Sequence record: MG592671.1
DNA length: 64,000 nucleotides
Direction: 5' to 3' (one strand)
Shown here: piece by piece, positions 57,699 through 64,000 of the stretch
How the letters are laid out: each line of letters starts with the position of its first letter
How positions within the stretch are numbered: position 1 is the first letter of the stretch
The notes under the pieces: model-generated
Told to the model about the DNA's origin: nothing
The model's input: the letters and a program-made list of their open reading frames with translations, nothing else
Databases searched by the model: none
Position numbers and translations under genes: made by a program

Positions 57699-57712
57699 TA
57701 AACACCAAAAAA

Positions 57713-57742
57713 AAAAGAAAGGCAACTAGTTGCCTTTCTTTT
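57713..57742. terminator. bidirectional terminator (30-bp perfect palindrome)
   Basis: aaaagaaaggcaact|agttgcctttctttt; contains the TAG of the upstream minus-strand gene. Confidence 0.75.
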
Positions 57743-57929
57743 GTCGTTCTATGTGTTTGTTATGTCGATTGAGTATCATAGACCTATCAGGTAAAGGCAT
57801 TGTCCAAAGCTGATTGTAATCCATATTATTAATATGTATTAACATCTCAGCTAAGTTTTTCCTTATTTCCTTTTGGTTTAAATCCAACTCTTTTAAGTGC
57901 TCCTGTACTTCCTCTGGGGTACTAAACAA
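57726..57929 (-). CDS. small baseplate hub assembly protein (gp51-like)
   Basis: MDYNQLWTMPLPDRSMILNRHNKHIERQ; directly downstream of the gp26-like gene. Confidence 0.5.
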   Translation of the reverse strand: MFSTPEEVQEHLKELDLNQKEIRKNLAEMLIHINNMDYNQLWTMPLPDRSMILNRHNKHIERQKKGN

Positions 57930-57934
57930 GAGCT

Positions 57935-58777
57935 TTATTCGAAAAAATAACTAGGATCAAAACGTTGTCCTTTTTCTGTCCATTGATGTTGACAGTGTGG
58001 ACACTCCACCTCTATCACTTTTTCAACACCAATATCATTTACTGTTTCAGTCATATCCTTAAGCTCACTTATTTGATCTTTATTAAGCGTATTAATAAAT
58101 TCTTTAATATGGGACTTGGTATGGACTTTGTTGCCATCCGGAGTTTCGACATGATTAATACCATCCAAAACAATCTGAAAATTCAAATCAACCATGTTGG
58201 AATATGATTCCATGAAAGTGTCGATCTTCTCTTGTTCAGACAGATGCTCTAAGGCTCCAGACTGCACACTCATTGATAGTTTTTGTTGCTCAAATGCAAC
58301 ACGAGCTACCTTTGTTGCTCTATCCCAAGAATTAGGACGTACATGTATTACTACGCCAGATGGTAGTGAATATGTAGTGTTATTGGTTATTTTAGTCACA
58401 TTATCAAGACAGTGTTCGATATTTCGTTGTATTTCACCCTTTTTATCACAAGAAGGACATTTAACGCTAATATCGTAGGTCTCGTGGCCTGAGGCTTTAT
58501 AGATACCTAGTAATAATATTTCAATATCGTTAACACATAAATTTTGAGGACGTAGTACCTCAGGCACGCAGTTTTTAATAACATCAATAACAGCCTTGCC
58601 GTTCATCAATGCACTAGGATTGTTGAATTGATATTCATCCCTAGCAGACATTGGCTTGATGCCGATTTCACTTACATCAGCATCTTCATTTAGTATACCT
58701 GGCGGGTAGTATCTCGACGCAGCAAGACTTACATACACTTGATCAGGTATAGCGTATGACATTAATGGATTAGACAT
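57935..58777 (-). CDS. baseplate hub subunit (gp26-like)
   Basis: IKPMSARDE..DIEILLLGIYKAS..CPSC...CPHC..FDPSYFF. Confidence 0.75.
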   Translation of the reverse strand: MSNPLMSYAIPDQVYVSLAASRYYPPGILNEDADVSEIGIKPMSARDEYQFNNPSALMNGKAVIDVIKNCVPEVLRPQNLCVNDIEILLLGIYKASGHETYDISVKCPSCDKKGEIQRNIEHCLDNVTKITNNTTYSLPSGVVIHVRPNSWDRATKVARVAFEQQKLSMSVQSGALEHLSEQEKIDTFMESYSNMVDLNFQIVLDGINHVETPDGNKVHTKSHIKEFINTLNKDQISELKDMTETVNDIGVEKVIEVECPHCQHQWTEKGQRFDPSYFFE

Positions 58778-58810
58778 TATAACCTCCTTAGTTATATGCG
58801 AGTATTTATT

Positions 58811-60670
58811 TTACCCATTTGGGCCACTATTATCCTCAGAAGCTTTCAGTTGTTTTCGTCTATCACGAGCTGCTTCACTTGCAAGAGCATTTGTTTTTTG
58901 AACAGATGAAATAAGAGTGTTCATTTGCTCTTGTGTAATCCCATTATATCCTGTTTTTGTTGAGCTGTTGGTCGTAGGAGCTACATGCGAGTTAGACATT
59001 ACTGGTGTATTTGTAGTTTTTGGTGTTTTTGGGGTCATTGACGGGGTACCTCCTGCCCACACAGGCAGCCAACTGTTAGCTGTCGCAACAGCTGAATTAA
59101 CAGTATCATTAACAGTAGATGATATAGTATCTGTTATTGAGTCAGTGAGTGCTTCAAACCCAGTATCAGGTATAGTCCCATCAAACATGAAATCATTGAA
59201 CCATTTAGGGAATAAAGCGTCTGCTATAGTTCTCCAACTAGGTGGTCCAGAACTAAGATCTGTTGCAGCGCCAGTAACATAGTCAATAATAGGCTTCCCG
59301 TCAAGCACATCAACTAACCACTCTGGAAATAATCCCCTAACAAAATCCCTAACGTTAAAAACAAAATCGTACGTATCTGTTGCAAATGTCCAACTACCAT
59401 CAATTAGCCAGTTAGCCCAGTCTTCACCCATCCATTGAGATAAGAACGCTCTAGGATTTAAAAATGCAGATGCTGTTTGTTCTTTAGCTTCGTGAGTCCA
59501 TTTCTCAAACACCCTGTTCAAGTTATTTGTCCATGTATCCCAGTTAGATTCCACACGTTCTAAATCATTATTTTTATTTTGAAGATCTGCAATCCATTTA
59601 AAAATTTGGCCAGATGTGTCGTTTAAATCTTTGAATATAAACGACGCATTTGAAAGAGCATCTGTGAACTCGCTGCCACCTAATATGTCATTTATCTTTG
59701 CTGCGCCTTCTTTAGTAGTGAGGTCGCCAGCAAGGATGTTATCACGTATTTGTACGAACGCATCGCTTACTTCTGACGAGTAAGTGAACAATTTACCCAT
59801 TTCTGTGTCTGCATCAAAGTCCCCTTTATATACAAATCTCTGAAATTGCTCATTAAATGCTTCTCCAAAATCACCCATACCAGCTAATACTAGATTAAGA
59901 TTCTTAACACTTGCAGCCGCATCTTCTTTCGAAAGACCATTCTGATGTAAGGTTAGTGCCATGCTTAAGCCAGTGGCCCCTTCAGCAGATTTATTAAGCT
60001 TTCTGGTAAGTTCGTCTGTACTCACACCTAATACTTTACTGTAATGATTTAGATCATCAATATATTCTCTATTAGAGTTTTGCTGTTCTATTCTACTAAG
60101 CTTATCAAACACCCCATATGCTTTTTGTTGCTTGATATTACTAAAAATAGCTTGAGCAGCTTCTTGATTTGACATTCTAAGTAGACCCATGGAACGCTCA
60201 GTGTCTATAACAGATTTCATCATATTACCAAAATCTTTAGCACCATCCTTTCCCATACTAGCCAACACACTCTCAGCTCCACGAGCTGCATTCTGGAACT
60301 CTTGGAAGTCCAGTCTACCATCAGCTAGAGCCATGTTAAGACCTAACATGCCATTAGTAGCATCGAAGCCTGCTGTATTGAATGCTTTAAATTGTTGTAG
60401 TGATGCATCCATATAGTCATATAGTTTTTCACCAGCTTCAGCCATAAGAGCAATAGGTCCTGCAGCCTTGCCTGCAGCACTTGTTAATTTTCCTACTCCT
60501 TTAATGGCACCTTTAGGGCCTTTAATTGCATCAGAGAAATCATCCAATCCTAATGCCCCTATCCCTCCACCAGAGTTACTACTGTTTGGAGGGGGTGGAG
60601 CACTTCCAGGGGAACCACCAAGTTGTCGAAGAATATCCTCTAAGAGTTCTTCTGTTGTTCTTTGAGCCAT
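58811..60670 (-). CDS. putative tape measure/tail length determinant (gp29-like)
   Basis: Ala/Gly/Lys-rich helical N-half, Trp-spaced repeats; between hub genes; late promoter at 60696-60703. Confidence 0.55.
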   Translation of the reverse strand: MAQRTTEELLEDILRQLGGSPGSAPPPPNSSNSGGGIGALGLDDFSDAIKGPKGAIKGVGKLTSAAGKAAGPIALMAEAGEKLYDYMDASLQQFKAFNTAGFDATNGMLGLNMALADGRLDFQEFQNAARGAESVLASMGKDGAKDFGNMMKSVIDTERSMGLLRMSNQEAAQAIFSNIKQQKAYGVFDKLSRIEQQNSNREYIDDLNHYSKVLGVSTDELTRKLNKSAEGATGLSMALTLHQNGLSKEDAAASVKNLNLVLAGMGDFGEAFNEQFQRFVYKGDFDADTEMGKLFTYSSEVSDAFVQIRDNILAGDLTTKEGAAKINDILGGSEFTDALSNASFIFKDLNDTSGQIFKWIADLQNKNNDLERVESNWDTWTNNLNRVFEKWTHEAKEQTASAFLNPRAFLSQWMGEDWANWLIDGSWTFATDTYDFVFNVRDFVRGLFPEWLVDVLDGKPIIDYVTGAATDLSSGPPSWRTIADALFPKWFNDFMFDGTIPDTGFEALTDSITDTISSTVNDTVNSAVATANSWLPVWAGGTPSMTPKTPKTTNTPVMSNSHVAPTTNSSTKTGYNGITQEQMNTLISSVQKTNALASEAARDRRKQLKASEDNSGPNG

Positions 60671-60711
60671 GTTTAACTCCTAAAGTTATTTTTGGTATTT
60701 ATTTAGTTTGA

Positions 60712-62835
60712 CTAATTATCGCCATTCGCTCTATTAACAGATCTCATTATAAACCCGCCTTTTAAGCGTTGGGTGAATTTTCCACCACTAAATGTACTTT
60801 CTAGATTAAATATTCGGTAAACAGTTTGCGACATTATCTGATCTCTTTGAGTCATAACTAATCCTAAGCTACTTATGTCTCTTGGTGGCTCTAGATTTAA
60901 TAGCAAGTACGGCTCAGCTGTTATGTTATTCATAGTATATTGACTGTCCCCTGGATATGTGGTATATTCCTCTCCACACAAATTTCTAAGCCTATTAAGT
61001 AAAGTCTCTTCGGAATTTCCTAGCCAGTACGGATCCCCAATAACCTCAATATCTAAAGTTCTCATAAAAGCATCATTGTAATAATTCGATTTGATCGATC
61101 TTTTGATAACCTCGTCGTCAGATGCATTCTCTGTATCTGTTGAGCTTGATACCTCTTTTAGATTTCTATAATCAATAGGGATATTCAAATGATGATTCCA
61201 AGCGCTAGTATCCTTTGTGTTAGTAGTATCGTAAAGCTCGTTAAAGTCTTCTAGATACCTAGTAGATGCAGTCACTGTATCTCTAGCTTGGCTAGATTCA
61301 CCTTCAGTTTTAACAGTATTGGCACTATACGCGTTTTGTTTATTAACAGATGATGTTGTGTCAGCCTGTTCTTCGGATGTTTTAGTTTCTTTATTCGGAG
61401 TAGATGTGGCATATTGCTGATCTTGGTTACTCGAATTAAGAATTTGATTCTCGATTATAGCATCGGACTTTTTAATACCTTTAAAATTCTTTTCTTGAAT
61501 TAAGCTTTGTATATTTCTAACGGCTGCATGATTATATTGTGAATCCATGCTAATATCTAATGATATAATCTCAGTATTAAGACCGCTGAACATGTAATCA
61601 TATCTGCGCATGTTTATTTTTTTTGTTTGCTGGTCATTAGTAGTTAGGATACCTTCTAGCGTTTCTTTCATGTCCACTGAACTATCTCTATTCCTAATAT
61701 CTGATATATCCTGTATATCAGCTACTTGATAAGGAACAACATATACTTCATAACGATAAACTTCACGATTTAAGAGTTTATCGTATCCGACATAAAATTG
61801 AAATGGAATAACATGTACGAACTGACGCAATTTACGTATCCCTGCATCCTCGTCAGTAACAGCACAATCAAGAATCTCATCTATAACTGAACCTAAAGTC
61901 TGAGATCCTTTAAAATTAAACTTCCTACCACCTGGGTTCCCTTTTTTATCAGCATCCACAAGTGTATCTTGCGTTGCATTTTTTATAATAGAGAGATCTC
62001 CTATAGTACCTTGAACAAATATCTTAAAATAACTATTAAGGTCAATATCATTAGGGAACTGAGTTGGCCAGTACCCATATTGTGCATTTTGAATACTATT
62101 CATTTTTTCCTCAAGCGCACTCAATGCAGACCCAACAGTGTTGCTGGTTATCAATTCTGATTGTTCCCCTAGCATCCATTTTGATAAATCTATCCCATAT
62201 GCTCTAGTTGACATTTGTAAATTATACATTGTTCCGGATGCAGATACTTTTCCTGGAGCTCTATCAATATTGACTCTCCAACGTTTTCTGCTGTTTGGAA
62301 TAGTTACTGGGATAGGGGATGGACTGTTAGGATCAAAGCCAATAAAACTCAATTCTAGCACAAGTGGGATATCTACAAATTTCTTGTATCCTAAATTAAT
62401 AGATAACGCTGCCATTTCATCGATGAAATACATTCCTCTATTTTCCATTAAGTCCATTGTAAAACTCAATGCAGTTCCGTTTTTTGTGGCACTAGTTCCA
62501 GGAGCAGTCGAACGCATTTCTACAGTATCTATAGTATAAGTCCCTGTCACACCAGATTCAGCAATAATTACCTTATCAGACTCTGTCTGTCCTTGGAACG
62601 TTTGAAATTCTTTATATTTGTTCACTGGAAAAGTGTAAAGCTTCCAGTGATATGTTACATTTTCATAGCCTAATAATATATTATCGTAAGGCTCGATAAT
62701 ATCATTTAAATCTATCACGTTTGAGGTAGTGTTAGGCTCGGAATCTCGTTTCGCCTCCTGCTGACCTGCGTTAGTTGCAGGATATGATGGATCATCAACT
62801 GATTTGGCATTTGAGCGGTATGAGTTAGATGCCAT
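60712..62835 (-). CDS. baseplate hub protein (gp27-like)
   Basis: IIAESGVT..LDIEVIGDPYWL..YRIFNLESTFSGGKFTQRL; late promoter at 62862-62869. Confidence 0.65.
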   Translation of the reverse strand: MASNSYRSNAKSVDDPSYPATNAGQQEAKRDSEPNTTSNVIDLNDIIEPYDNILLGYENVTYHWKLYTFPVNKYKEFQTFQGQTESDKVIIAESGVTGTYTIDTVEMRSTAPGTSATKNGTALSFTMDLMENRGMYFIDEMAALSINLGYKKFVDIPLVLELSFIGFDPNSPSPIPVTIPNSRKRWRVNIDRAPGKVSASGTMYNLQMSTRAYGIDLSKWMLGEQSELITSNTVGSALSALEEKMNSIQNAQYGYWPTQFPNDIDLNSYFKIFVQGTIGDLSIIKNATQDTLVDADKKGNPGGRKFNFKGSQTLGSVIDEILDCAVTDEDAGIRKLRQFVHVIPFQFYVGYDKLLNREVYRYEVYVVPYQVADIQDISDIRNRDSSVDMKETLEGILTTNDQQTKKINMRRYDYMFSGLNTEIISLDISMDSQYNHAAVRNIQSLIQEKNFKGIKKSDAIIENQILNSSNQDQQYATSTPNKETKTSEEQADTTSSVNKQNAYSANTVKTEGESSQARDTVTASTRYLEDFNELYDTTNTKDTSAWNHHLNIPIDYRNLKEVSSSTDTENASDDEVIKRSIKSNYYNDAFMRTLDIEVIGDPYWLGNSEETLLNRLRNLCGEEYTTYPGDSQYTMNNITAEPYLLLNLEPPRDISSLGLVMTQRDQIMSQTVYRIFNLESTFSGGKFTQRLKGGFIMRSVNRANGDN

Positions 62836-62965
62836 GATTCTTCTCCTATGGTAATTTTAGGTATTTATTTAGAGTGTGAACTGATATCAAAATGTTTTAA
62901 TAGATAAATAACTAACAGAATAGAAAGTTATGAGTGATGTAATACTATTGAATTATTAAACAAGA

Positions 62966-63517
62966 ATGAGCCTAGTAAACGTTATGAAGAAAAATAACTT
63001 AGGTGCAATAGCACCATCAGAAAAAAAGAAAGGTGTTACCAACGGAATTACCAATAAAATAGTTTGTTTGAGCGATGTGCAGGTATACTTAGATTCTGGT
63101 TGGGTTTTAGGAAAGACCAACATAACAGAAAAAGATAAAAACAAATACAAAAAAACATCAAAAAAACTCACAGGAAACACTGTTAACTGGTCAAAAGAAG
63201 CAAAACAACAACGCAAGATAGACAACGCAGTAAGGCAGAGTAAAGGAATTTACCACACTCCTAAAGGGGACTTTTACAGTTCATCTGAGGCAAGAACTGC
63301 TAACGGAGTGAAAACCCAAGATTCTATTATAAACCGATGTATTAAATTAAATTTGAAAGTAATTGGCAACAAAGTAAGTAAAGGTGATATTAAGCCAGAG
63401 TGGAGAGGTAAGACTTGGGAAACTCTTGGATGGGGCTTTACCCCTAAAGAAAAAGTGGAAAATTGGGATTTAGTCGTGACTAAATACTTTACAGATTTAT
63501 ATAAGGAGGCCGACTGA
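62966..63517 (+). CDS. homing-endonuclease-derived DNA-binding protein lacking a nuclease domain (probable remnant)
   Basis: VTNGITNKIV....YLDSGWVLG and KGIYHTPKGDFYSSSEA motifs typical of HEG DNA-binding tails; no HNH or GIY-YIG core. Confidence 0.5.
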   Translation: MSLVNVMKKNNLGAIAPSEKKKGVTNGITNKIVCLSDVQVYLDSGWVLGKTNITEKDKNKYKKTSKKLTGNTVNWSKEAKQQRKIDNAVRQSKGIYHTPKGDFYSSSEARTANGVKTQDSIINRCIKLNLKVIGNKVSKGDIKPEWRGKTWETLGWGFTPKEKVENWDLVVTKYFTDLYKEAD

Positions 63518-64000
63518 TGGCTACTTGGAAAAAGCATATTTCAGCAGTTAAGCTTAGAAATAAAAAAACTAAAAAAAGTAGAGGCGGGTCAGGAGCTAAA
63601 CAGTCAAACTATTCTTCTTATCTCCCAACAGTATATACTGGGATTACAAATAGAACGGATAGATACCAGCAATACGAGCAAATGATCCAGGATCCAGAAA
63701 TTGGAACAGGATTAGATATTTTAGCTGATTTTTGCACACAAAACGATGACGACCGCACAGGCCCATTTGAAATACTATACAAAGATGACAATATGGGCGA
63801 AATTGAAGTTACTACGTTAGAAACATCATTAAGTAGTTGGATTGAGAAGAATGATTTTAAAACTCGTATTTGGGATATTTTTCGAAATACGCTTGTTATG
63901 GGGGATCAATTTTTTGTCCGTGATCCAGAAACGTATGAACTAATATGGTGTGATCCAGCACATGTTGAGAAGGTAACAGTTAACGAATCTGAAGGTAAAG
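63517..64000 (+). CDS. gp20: portal vertex protein (gp20-like), 5' part
   Basis: Hand translation from ATG 63517 (TGATG overlap, AAGGAGG RBS): MATWKKH..SNYSSYLPTVYTG..RYQQYEQMIQDPEIGTGLDILADFCTQ..GDQFFVRDPET; open to window end. Confidence 0.8.
   Translation, partial: MATWKKHISAVKLRNKKTKKSRGGSGAKQSNYSSYLPTVYTGITNRTDRYQQYEQMIQDPEIGTGLDILADFCTQNDDDRTGPFEILYKDDNMGEIEVTTLETSLSSWIEKNDFKTRIWDIFRNTLVMGDQFFVRDPETYELIWCDPAHVEKVTVNESEGK

Noticed and set aside
57707-57716. A10 homopolymer as a phase-variation tract
   Set aside because: Intergenic and forms the U-tail of the adjacent terminator
1-64000. CRISPR arrays, tRNAs, rRNAs
   Set aside because: No regularly spaced direct repeats or cloverleaf-compatible sequences seen in the short intergenic regions

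Overview
AT-rich segment of a large lytic myovirus (T4-superfamily/jumbo-phage type). No host genes, tRNAs, CRISPR arrays or integrases were seen, and the standard code is used (TAA, TAG and TGA all end genes). Bases 1-24 kb hold a receptor-binding arsenal of eight tailspike/depolymerase-like beta-helix genes. One is cut by the window edge and one is split by an in-frame TGA. This region also has a 1.6-kaa gp34-like fibre/scaffold, a free-standing HNH homing endonuclease and several decayed ORFs. Bases 24-51 kb carry a phage ClpA, putative neck (gp14-like) and tail-completion (gp15-like) genes, a Nudix hydrolase and the baseplate module (3771-aa protein; gp6-, gp25-, gp5- and gp53-like). Bases 51-64 kb carry the gp55 late sigma factor, gp47/gp46, endonuclease VII, an SF2-helicase-like gene, hub/tape-measure genes, a nuclease-less homing-endonuclease remnant and the 5' end of the portal gene. 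Structural genes are repeatedly preceded by T4-type late promoters (NATAAATA), and non-structural genes by ATGTTATAA extended -10 promoters. The best leads are the cassette-like multi-tailspike system, CBM5/12-like sugar-binding repeats in the baseplate, the TGA-split tailspike, a catalytically dead M23 domain in gp5, and the phage ClpA. All protein assignments come from motif recognition only; no searches were run.
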